From the NCBI GenBank assembly GCA_002189035.1, contig NEEC01000008.1, forward strand, positions 3,382,357-3,446,356: 64,000 nucleotides of DNA, read 5' to 3'. The DNA comes from Utricularia gibba (taxonomy: Eukaryota > Plantae > Magnoliophyta). The stretch's first letter is position 1. The number at the start of each line of letters is the position of its first letter. Below the pieces are notes generated by a model, which was given only the letters and a program-made list of their open reading frames with translations, ran no database searches and had not been told where the DNA came from. Below, in pieces: positions 1 through 11,209 of the stretch. The translations under genes were made by a program, and so were the position numbers.

Positions 1-1114
1 AGGCAGGGATGGCCTGACACACAATATGTTGAATGATATTCATAACCACTGGAAAAACTCTGAAGCCGTAAGGATAAAGTGCATGGGGGTTCCAACTGTT
101 GATATGAAGAATGTTTGTGCTCAGTTGGAGGTAACATTCCCTCTGAATGCTCTTATTGTGTCTTAAGGTGATAATCTTCATGTCTAGCATAAAAACCATG
201 TGCCCTCTTGAAGTGGGAGTTACATTTCTTGAATGATATCCATTTCATTCTGTTGTTATGGAAAAGGGGATTGAAGATACATGTACATCCAGGAAAAAGC
301 ATGTGGAAAAATAATACATAGACAAGGAGGTCTTCTTGTGCTATACCGCGGTCGATATTATGATCCACGGCAAAGGCCAATAATCCCTCTGATGTTATGG
401 AAGCCTCAGGAACCTGTGTATCCAAAGCTCATAAAAACTACCATTGAAGGCTTGAGCATTGATGAAACTAAAGCCCTTCGGAAGAGGGGGCTCTCCGTCC
501 CTGCTTTAACTAGGCTTGGTATAAGCTCCACTCCATGCTCCTTGACTCTCAACTGTTATTGTGATTTATAGAAATCTTCTTCCTCCTTGCAGCAAAAAAT
601 GGTTATTATGGTAGTCTTGTTCCCATGATCCGTGATGCTTTTCTATGTGATGAGCTAGTCCGGATCGACTGCAGAGGCCTCCCAATAAGTGATTACAAGA
701 AAATTGGATGCAAGTTGAGGGTAAGCTTCATTCTAGCTCAATCTTAGATTTTCCCTTTGCAAAATCACCACCACATACATTTCGAGCGTTTCACGTGGTG
801 TGCGGTTGAACTTTGTCATTCCCAGTTCAAATACAAGATGCTTTTCCATTGCCTACTGAGTTTATTCCGTGAATTTGTGTTATGCCATTCAGGATCTAGT
901 TCCATGTATCCTTGTTACCTTTGAGAAGGAGCAGATAGTGGTGTGGAGGGGGAAGAACTATGAACCCGTGGAAGGGGATCACTTCCTCTTCACCGTGGGT
1001 GGCAGATTTCATGAGTCAGATGCTGCTTCATCTCAAGATGCCGTCGAAGAGAATTTCTCCGGCCGCCCGGAATCTCATGAGTCCGATGAGAAGCAACTTG
1101 GCACTGTGCTATAG
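1..1114 (+). CDS. mCSF1: CRM-domain (CRS1/YhbY) mitochondrial group II intron splicing factor, 5'-truncated by window edge
   Basis: Exons ~3-130, 293-518, 593-720, 893-1114 with GT-AG borders. They join to [17 protein letters not shown]...[24 protein letters not shown]...[17 protein letters not shown]...[23 protein letters not shown], i.e. two CRM domains of the CAF/mCSF type. Confidence 0.85.
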
Positions 1115-1579
1115 AGCAGGTCAGAAGATCCCAGATGAGAAAATCATTTTAAGAATTAAAATGATTTATTTAATATGAGTGGATTAAAAAAATAGTAATT
1201 TAATTATTTTAAATATTGCAAATTAATGCGCTATAATTACAATTAAATGGTTTTGGACAATGAAATATTATTTTAAGTGGTTTATGATTTTTAATTATTT
1301 AAAATAATGAAAATACAATTAATTAATTATTTGATATCGACATTTCGGAATTATTGAATAAATTAAATATTTCACTCTCATTATCATTATATTAATGATG
1401 TTCTTATTTTCTAAATGTGATTAAAATAATTTAATATTTTGAAGATATTACAACGCGGCCACGCAAAAGGGGGTTACACTGTTTTGCTTTGCGACAACTT
1501 CTTTTTCCCTCGCACCCCACGCGACCTTCTGTCAACGTTTTCCGCCATTTCCGATCCAAGCTTTTTCCCTTTCTTGGCG

Positions 1580-4500
1580 ATGGGGGCGGCGGACGCTCAT
1601 TTCCTTTCTACTCCATTGCTGAACTCTGACGTCATAATCGCTGTGAAGGAAGACCCCAACAGTTTGGTTGAAGCGGTTTCCACAATCGACGACGACTTCG
1701 AGCAGCAGTTCCCCTCCCGCGCTGATGGAATTGACAATCCTTACGCTTTTATCGGAGTTCGCGAAGGGTTTGAGTTGCCTCCGTCGAGCACCCTGGATCC
1801 GTTCAGGAACCGTACGCCGGAAATCGAGGGGTTTTACGAGTGGGTGAAGATTTTGGTCTGTTTGCCGATTGCAGCCGTGAGACTAGTGCTGTTTGGGCTG
1901 TTTTTGGCGGTGGGTTACCTGGCGACGCGGCTGGCTTTGTTGGGGTGGAATGACAAGCAGAATCCGATGCCCAAATGGCGGACTCGTGTCATGTGGATCA
2001 CCCGGTTTTGTGGCCGGGGGATCCTTTTCTCGTTCGGGTAAGTCTTCTTCTTCTCCTTCAATTTGTAATAATCTTGAATTGCCGTCCTTTCGTTTTCCGT
2101 ATGTTTACCTTTCTTTACTGCCAGTCATTTGATTTGTGCTTGCACCGAAACGTAATGATATTCTTTAAGTTGTGAATCGATGTTTTTGGGACAGCGCAAT
2201 GTGAAAATGCAGAGATCCTGCCATGTTGATTGTCAAGTTGTTTTCAAATTAAATTGTTTATTTGACTCTGCAGCTACCAGTGGATAAAGAAGAAAGGAAA
2301 ACCTGCTCCAAGGGAAATTGCTCCTATAGTTGTCTCTAATCATGTATCGTATGTTGAACCCATTTTCTTTTTCTACGACTTATGTCCCACCATAGTCTCT
2401 TCAGACTCCCATGATTCCATGCCTTTTGTTGGAACCATCATCAGAGCAATGCAGGTAGAATGCAGGGGTCAGGGGTGTGTCATTCTTCATATGTACCCTT
2501 GATGCAAAAAAATGATGGTGCTCCTTTCTGCAGGTCATTTACGTTGATAGATTCTCAAAGGCATCGAGAAAGAATGCCGTAAATGAAATAAAGGTAAAGT
2601 AGGATATATATCTGCTAGAATACTAATCGAGGAAGTGAAAAAAAATGAGGCTAGAAATCTAAAACTTGAATCTTCTAGACACATGTTAGACATCTGATAC
2701 AGAACTCTGCCTTCAAGGATCTGAAAAACAGAGAAAAGCTTCATGCGATCAGTTTCCCCATTTGCTTTTATTTCCGGAGGGGACGACAACCAATGGAAGA
2801 GCTATTATTTCCTTCCAACTTGGTGCATTCATTCCTGGTTATCCCATTCAGCCTGTCGTTGTTCGTTATCCCTATGTCCACTTTGATCAATCATGGTATT
2901 ACAGTCTTGATGCCATATACACTTTCCCTGATTTTAGTTATCAGGGGCTTCATGCTGATAAAATCTTGTGCTTCTTGCAGGGGGGATATCTCCCTTGGAA
3001 AGTTGATGTTCAGAATGTTTACACAGTTCCACAACTTCATGGAGGTAGTGTCAATGTTCTTGGTTCATTTCATTTCCTCCTGCGTCTCATGATTTCAAGA
3101 AACTTTCTCCATATACTGTAACCACATCCTTATGCCCCAATTTTCTTCTGCTGATAATTTGAAGCATAACAGTCAATTACCACACTATCTTCAGGTTGAG
3201 TATCTCCCAGTCATCCTTCCTCATGTTAACAGGAAAGAGAACGCCAACCAATTCTCTGAAAGGGTGAGGCTTTGTTGGATATCCCATAGACAAAACTATT
3301 GCCATAGCTTTTTTTTTTCTTCTTACTTGATGCCGCTCTCCCATCTCAGACTGGTCGTATCATTGCAAGCGTTCTCAACGTTGTCCAGACATCACATTCA
3401 TATGGAGACTACATGCTTCTGGAGAGGGCGGTTGAGTTGAAACAGGTTTGAGTAGAGCCAACTTCGTTTAATTTTCTTCCATCTTTCTATTTATTGTTTT
3501 TGGCGCCTATGAAAATTTGCACTAGCAGTGAGCTGAAGGTCTATTTTTGCGTTCCAACAACATTTTTTTTTTTATTTTCAGGAAAATCCATCTCTCTACC
3601 TTGTCGAAACGGCCAGCATTCAATCTGTAAGTCACGCCCCCTTTTGCAGAAGCATTGTCCAGAACAACATATTTTCTATCTCAAGTTTCATCCCTTCACC
3701 GCAAACCTTCAGAAATGCCTTTTTATTTTTGCAGTCTCTGAATCTAAGTGCTTCAGAAGCTGTTGATTTCTTGGATATTTTTCTTTCTATGGATCCTGAT
3801 TCAAGGTACACTTAGCAGAGAACTAGTGTTTTCGAGTGCATCAACCCAGCATATCAATGGATCTGACTCGGTCTGATTTTTAAAACCCGTTGTTCCACCT
3901 GCCGATGATATACATCTGATTTTTCATATCATAGCTGCATCACTTGTTGATTAGATGAACCCAGTGATTTTTCTGGGTCAATCAAAAACCTAAACCAGTA
4001 ACACTACATCATGATTTTTGCAGCGGACATGCCACATTCCATGGTTTTCTCAAGGCTTTAAGACTGAAGCCCTGCGGCCCTTCTGAAAAGGTTAGTGCCA
4101 AAACACCTCATGTTCAGCCTCCCATTGCATGAAAATTTCCCTTCATATCCATCTTTTTCAACAGATTTTCAATTTCCTCGATACACAGAAGACCGGAAAA
4201 ATAACATTTAAGCAGGTCTCTTACAGAGTTATTGAGGCTTTTTTTTTTCTTTGGCAGATAGAAATTTTCCCTCCCTTACACTGTCTTCATTTCAGTTCTT
4301 GATCGGATCAGCGCGGGTCTTGAAGCAACCCGGATTCCAACAAGCCTCGGAGCTTGCGTACAGCCTATGCGATATCCAGCAGAAAGGCCATGTTCTTAGC
4401 CAAGAGGTTATCTCTGGTTCACCTCATTTCATACCCCACAATCCATTCCTATTTCATCTGAAGCTCCCCCTCCCCTGTCAACAGATACTCGATGCAGTCC

Positions 4501-4742
4501 CGAACTTCACCGAGGTGAGTCACTGGCCGGCCAGCCCCTGATCTCATTGCTCATTTCTCCCTCCCATGTTGTCTCATGGCCCCCCTCCTGTGCAGGTTCA
4601 TCATCTGTTTGCGTTGTCCAACGCGGAGGGAGCCGACCGAATCAGCAAGACTAACTTCATCTCGTGCCTCAGAAGGTACCCCTTGCTTATAGCTCTCTTT
4701 GCACCTAAGCCGGCCATCATCGTCGCCCCTAATGGACACTAG
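1580..4742 (+). CDS. LPEAT2: Lysophospholipid acyltransferase with C-terminal EF-hand-like region
   Basis: ATG 1580; about 14 exons traced in frame. Acyltransferase motifs SNHVSYVEP and LLLFPEGTTTNG. Last exon 4596-4742 ends ...CLRRYPLLIALFAP...NGH*. Confidence 0.92.
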
Positions 4743-6561
4743 CCCTCCTGCATAGACTTGGTTCCCATTCATTCCCCTTTGCAGTGAGCATCCATCGCAT
4801 ATCTTGATGCTCTGTTTTTGTTTTGTTTTGTTTTTTTTGTTTTTCCATCGGAGGATGTAATAAATACATCGACGTCTTCATATAAACTATTTACCCCGTT
4901 AAAAAAAAAGGAGACAATTTAATTTAGGATTTAATAATATTAGAGTTTATAATTTAAAATATTCGATCTTCGTCAAATATCACAAAATTCTCCTTTTTTT
5001 TTGTTTGAGCAACAAAGATACCTTGGAGTACGCTACAGTTTTCCTGTCGTGATTTGACACTAACTCAGGCAAAGTGATTTATTTTAATATTGATACAGTA
5101 ATATAAATATAATTTATATGAACTTTTTTATTTTGTAACAGCAATTAAATATTAAATAAATATTACGCGCTCGAAATTTAATAATATTTTCATAATTCCA
5201 GCTGATTAGTGATTACCACCGCCGTTTAATTAAGTATGAGCGTGGGACAGCGTGGCACTGCACTGGGAAAACTGAAATTATTATATTAAAAAAAGTAAAT
5301 GAAAAGTGGGCCCAGTGAAATGAGTGGAGTCTTGTCTACTACCCCGGAGAGCGTCCCGAGTTGTCGAATGCCTATTCGTTGAGACCCGACAACGGTACGG
5401 GCCTAAGCCCCCGATGGGACGGGTCTGTACGGATGAATCCGACCCATTAGTGAAAACAAACGATCAATTATTTTTTTTCTTAAAAAAAATGAGTCTTCTA
5501 GATTTCTCTCTCTTGATTTCTGTAAGTTATATGTTTGTTGGTGTTTCACTTTCAAAAAAAAGGATCCACTTTCAAAAGCAAAAATTGTGGAACTCTCTAA
5601 TTTTTTTTCTAAGAATTCTTCTACTAATTTTGAAAGCGTTTCTGGATTGTGAATACTTAAAAATAAACATTTATTTTGAAACTATTTTCTTGATACTGTA
5701 CGTACGAAGCATGGCTCCATGGTACGTACATGGCCATTCTTCCTTACAATCTTCATGTAGAAAAATCGTACTCTACCATAACATCATGTGTTTCCTTGTG
5801 ACATCGATCTGAATATTAGATTACCAAATCCCTCGAAACCCAGTTTGGGATTTGTGTGCACGTGAAAGAAATAACCCTAGGGTTTGGGGTTTACCAATTA
5901 GAAGGTAGGGTTTGTTTTGGGGTTTAGGGTTTCAGTATTTTAGAATTTAGAATGAAGATGGGGTGGGAGTTCTACTCTTATGATGTTACTATTCGAATGG
6001 TATTATACTTGTGTGAAAATGATCAAATGAAAACAGTTTCGTCAATGCGAATTATTTATGTTTTCAAAAAAAATAAAAAATCAAAAAATATTTTTTTATT
6101 TGTAACAAAATGTATAGTCTATACTATTACTGTATTAGAAGCACTTCTTGAAAATTGATTTTTGAAAAATTATATCAGATACACAAACTTAAATTTCTAA
6201 CCCTTCTCCAGTCTCAAGGGTTGGATGTTCTTGTATCCTCTCAGAAAGTTTTTTTTGTGTGTGTGTTTCAAATCAATCACCATGTCTGCAACAAACCTTT
6301 CCAAGTTTAGAGAAATAGCCTCTAGGCTTTTCCTTGTCCATTTTTTCCCTAATGTATCTCTCCCTATTCCGTGGCTTTCTTTGTTTCCCCTTTACTCCAC
6401 CTACCTCCCTTCACCACAAAAGCCTCATTTGCTTTTTGCCAAATTTGTTGGGATCCCTTCTTGTGTTCCTCTTTAAAAAGGTCAAGAAGTCCATCAAGCT
6501 CTCCCTTACTATTTCCATTACCTTCTGCTGCTCAAGATCTCTGTGTTCTTTTCAGACAAAC

Positions 6562-9267
6562 ATGGTGCGAGGCAAAACCCAGATGCGGCGCATCGAAAAT
6601 GCTACCAGCCGACAGGTTACCTTCTCCAAGAGAAGAAACGGGCTCCTCAAGAAAGCTTTCGAGCTTTCAGTCCTCTGTGATGCTGAAGTTGCACTCATCA
6701 TCTTTTCTCCTCGAGGGAAGCTGTATGAATTCGCTAGCTCCAGGTATCCACCCCTTCGTACTCCTCCCAATCCACTCCAAATGTTAAATTAGGTATAGAT
6801 CTGTGGATCAGACGACTCGGGTTGGCTCCGATTCTTCTCTTACAGATAGAAATCTAAACACAAAGAGATGCTAACCTCTCTGTGAGCAGCAGAGGCAGCA
6901 TGTCTTGTGTCTCTGCCCAGCGTATTTTTGACTGGAGGCAGCTTAAAATAAAACCCTGTAGGAGAATCCTGAAGCAGTAAATGCCACACTGTGGAAGTCA
7001 CCTGTCATAGCTTCGTTACCTGGTTTTATGTGCCACTGTTAGTTCTCTCACAACTCTCATAGGGTTTTTTTAATAATTGAACCAAAGCATAGCATTGGGA
7101 TTGGGAATTGAAATAGCTAGGGTTTTTTTTTTGTCAAAAAAGGTGGGAATTTTCAGGGTTTAAAGTTGGGAAATATTTAGGGTTTTATGGGTGTTGAAGA
7201 CTTTTGGAGGTGTCTGTTTGTATATTCTAAAAACTTCGATACAGTTTCACATTATGGGAAGTTGTGCACTGGATCAAATTCAAAACTCCTGCAATCACAT
7301 CGTGGGATTGTCTGAAAATACTGATCATTACTTGTCTTTTTAAGACCACCATTTTCTTACTGCAACGACTTGGTCTAAGAGGTAATAAGCAAAACAGAAC
7401 TGTAGTATCCCACCTTGTCCCCTCATCTCTTATGTCTGAAACTCCAATTCAACCAAGTCTTTCATCAAATTCTGAACAAGGGAGTCTGCATTTTAACTCC
7501 AGAATGATCCTCCTAAAACATTCACAATCGAAATCAAAACAAGAAATATAGTGTGTATTCTGGGGAACCATTTTCAGTATATTTGATTTTAGTGCTGATG
7601 ATGATGATTTGCTTCTCAGCATGCTGGAGACAATAGATCGGTACCAGAAGCATGGCAGGGAGGTTCAGGCAGGCAACCCTCCCCAAGAGAACGATATGCA
7701 GGTAATTTTCATTGCTTTCACTAACTTGGAACTTGTCGTGCTCCCGACCAGCGGTCCGACGGGGTCCGAGTCGCTGCCATGTTGACTCGATTCGATCCGG
7801 TCCGGATATCATATGCATGTCGTTCATATGTTAGACTGAGCAAATAATGCACATCAAATTGAACATAAATCATGGATAGGTGTACAGTAATAAAGCATGC
7901 TCATGTAATTGACTCAAAAAAATCTCTTTTATTGTGTCTTTATGCTTTTTCTGGAATTTCTCCCTATTTTTTAATGTAGTTTTTTTTTTTTTGTTTTTGC
8001 ACTGTCGAAATTGCTATTTGATTTGATAGAAGTCATTTAGTCGAGGATCATTTTTTTAATATAAAACTCAAGTATTTATCTCTTTTTTTTTTTCGAATCA
8101 TTACGGTAAGAGGAATCAAGATGCATGAGATCACATTCTCTGTGTTACTTGATCCTGCAGCAGATGAAGGTCGAAGCAGCAAGCATGATGAGAAAGATAG
8201 AGCAGCTGGAAGCATCGAAGAGGTCTGTAAGAAGTTAAGAGCTGGGGTGTCTCCTGTTTATTTGTAATCATGATGAGCCATTGCGTGGTTACTGTTACTC
8301 TACAGGAAGCTATTGGGGGAAGGTTTGGGAGCCTGCGCCATAGAAGAGTTGCAGCAGATTGAAAAGCAGCTGGAACTCAGCGTTCATACAATTCGTGCAA
8401 GAAAGGTGATTATCTCTGCTTGCCCTTGAGACATGAAGTAAAATCAGTATCGTTGCTCTTTCGATTTACGCCGTTTTCTGTGTCACTCCACATGCGCTCA
8501 GTGATCTTGGAAGCACCCTTATTTTAAACTTACAATTCGTGCAAGAAAGGTGATGGATCTTGTGAGTTTGAATATTCATTGCGTTTTTTGATCCATTGGA
8601 CTCGTATTTCAACTAAGGGGCTTCTTGTGAAGATGATGTGAGCTTGTTTGGACATTTTAAAGGGTATTTGGTACACAAATAGTGACCCTGAGTAAAGGAG
8701 AAACGATTCTTTGCATCTTCCTCATGTTTGGAACTTAATTGATTCTGGGATATTGCTTGCAGATGCAACTCTACAAGCAGCAGATTGAACAGTTGAAGGA
8801 GAAGGTGAGTCTGGATTTAATTTCCAATGAGAGTTTTCAAGCTATTCTTTTCTTCGAGTCGCATTTAGTACAGGGTTTTAATCAAAAGTGGGAGTATACT
8901 GCTTAACATGAGAAAAAGCTCCATGAATACGGTGTCACCAAGCACTTTTCATGTCAATTTAGGTTTAGTTTTCGCATGAACGTGCAATCGATCTAAGCTG
9001 TCCAAAATCGCGCTGTGCAGGGCAAATCCATAGCTGCTGAGAACGCCATGCTGCGTGACAAGGTGAATGCCTGTGACTGTTGCTGGCTTTTTTTTCATGA
9101 ACTGGTGAGTAATGGCCTGATGTGGGCGTATGTAGTTCGGAGGGTGGAAGGAGGACAAGGAGCCGGCGGTGGCGAGGGAGGCAAGTGAAATCTCCGATGT
9201 GGAGACGGACTTGTTCATCGGACCGCCGGAGGGCAGGAGCCGGCCGCCGACCACCCTGTTTCTGTGA
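6562..9267 (+). CDS. SOC1: MIKC MADS-box transcription factor, SOC1/TM3 clade
   Basis: MADS exon 6562-6743 [45 protein letters not shown] exons at ~7620-7701, ~8161-8222, 8307-8406, 8763-8804, 9021-9062. Last exon 9136-9267 carries the SOC1 motif [12 protein letters not shown] splice acceptor just before the ATG suggests a 5'-UTR intron. Confidence 0.93.
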
Positions 9268-9924
9268 AGGCGTGCACGCCCATATGATACGATGCTTGTG
9301 GCTATTTACACTGGTGGGCCTTTAATGGGCTTGCGTTACTTCGGCCCACTTGTTCCATATGTTATCACTTGTGTGTCGCAGCCGGTCTAGTAATAATGCT
9401 TGTGGCTTATACTAATCAATTATCATATATCGAAATTAAAAAATATTTTTAAATTCTGCAATCAGTTTATTTAAATATTTTATCATGTGTATTATTTTGA
9501 TAAATTTAATTTCATGTGATTCAATAATACTAGCATGATTACGATGCATGTTACTTTTATACAATATTATTCATTCTCTAGTATTTCAATTAGCATGATT
9601 TCATGTTTTTCTCTAGTATAATTATTTTAATTTAAAACCATTCATTCTCGTTTCTAATCCTAATAATTAACTTAAAAAGTAAATCCCTTTGTATCAATTT
9701 AATTTAAACCCAAGTAAATTAAACTTATTTTATCATATTTACATTATTCAAACGACATAAATATAAAAAAAAATGAATGTATTTTTATGTCATTTTTAAT
9801 ATTAAATTTTTAAATAGTTTATAATTATAGTTATATTCTAGTTTTTTTTGAAAATATAATCCAATTATATTATAAATTTTTGAAATGTAATGTGCTCTAC
9901 TGCTTCCATGTCGATTGCTAATTT

Positions 9925-10958
9925 TTAACCTGCATAACCAATGAACTCCTTGATGAAGTTGAGAATGGCGGAGGCTCTCCTGGCGTCAATCATGTCAATC
10001 ATATGGAACCCGGCGTCGTCGAAACGCGCCTCCACGAGCACGCCGTGCTCCACCAACATCTGGACGAAGCTCTGGTTCCGATCGATCAACAAGTCGCCGC
10101 CGAACCCGATGACCAGACACCTGCCAAGTTTCCTTAGTCGGCTCCTCATGGGCTTATCCACGAACGGGTTGCAGAATCGGTGATCGCGATCAGTTCCAGG
10201 CGGAAGGGCCAATTCCCACACTAAATCGAGCACTGGAAGGGGCAGATATTGATCGGCGGCCATTTTCAGCTCGCTCTTCGTCCGCTGCTTGGACCCGAAC
10301 AGCGGCTGATTGAGAATAGTGCCGACGAACTTAAGCGGCTGGATGTCGTCTTCCAGGCGAAGCGCCACATTGAACGCGATGTTCGCGCCGGAGCTTAAGC
10401 CGTTGAGGAAGCACTGGGAAAAGTCGCCGTAGTCGCGAATCCACTTGTCACCGTTATTCGCATCCCTGGCTTGGTCGCGTACCCAATGCACGGCGTCGAC
10501 CGCGTCATCGTATTGAGCCGGGAGGCGATGCTCCGGCGCCAGGCGGTACTCAACCGATACAACAATCGCAGGCACTTCCGCGGCTAGGCGGTTTCCAGAT
10601 TCATGGACATAGGCGTCGGAGACACTCATCATGATAAACACCCGGGGTGAAAGAAGAATACGATTGGTATACGGGCTGCCGGAGATCAAAACTTCAGACA
10701 AATTGCTCGTATAAAATCAACGAATGCTAGCAATAGCGTCTCACCATTTTCGTGAGGCATCTGCGCGGGTCGGTATATTCGGAGCCATGTCTTCTTATTT
10801 TCGTCAAGGGTGACATCCTTGCTTAAAACCGTCACGCCGGGGGTCCGGGGGTCCTCTCCGGTGGCCGGAACGGAGGGCATCTGGAGGTACCGTGTGAGAG
10901 TTCCATCGGGGTTGAGCGCGACCTTGAGATGCTCGTAAGGATCGAACTTGGAATGCAT
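9925..10958 (-). CDS. CXE: Carboxylesterase (CXE, alpha/beta hydrolase, CXE9-like); one 69 bp intron and an apparent 1-bp frameshift
   Basis: Starts MHSKFDPYEHLKVALNPDGTLTR; contains VSVEYRLAPEHRLPAQYDDA, nucleophile elbow GLSSG, catalytic D (GGDLLID) and H (GFH). Predicted intron 10676-10744; reading frame breaks at 10639-10647. Confidence 0.85.
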
Positions 10959-11209
10959 TTTTGCAGATGAAAACGCCTTCTCCGCATGAAGATGTGATGG
11001 AGTCGTATGCTTATTACAAGGAGACGGTGAAGACACAACGCCGGTTGTCCGCAAACCTCGCCGCCAACGACGAGCTCTCCTCAAGTTTTAAATGGCGAAT
11101 ACCCATGTGGTTAGTTTTAATCGGGTCGGGTTTACTCGATTTGAGAAATGTAGTAGGAATCCAATCAAGCAAACCCGAATTTACAGGAAAGAAGAGCAAC
11201 TCGCCGGCG

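Noticed and set aside
5320-5470. GC-rich patch with short inverted motifs upstream of SOC1 (ORF 5324-5812)
   Set aside because: The ORF runs into low-complexity AT-rich sequence with no domain; the inverted motifs are too short to call a MITE.
7740-7830. Short palindromes in SOC1 intron 2 (CGAGTC...GACTCG, ATCCGGTCCGGAT)
   Set aside because: Stems are only about 6 bp and there is no TSD; compatible with chance.
10692-10744. Alternative CXE acceptor (CTGAAG) that would bypass the frameshift
   Set aside because: It needs a 53 bp intron and replaces the conserved ARIPIVFFFH strand with unrelated sequence.
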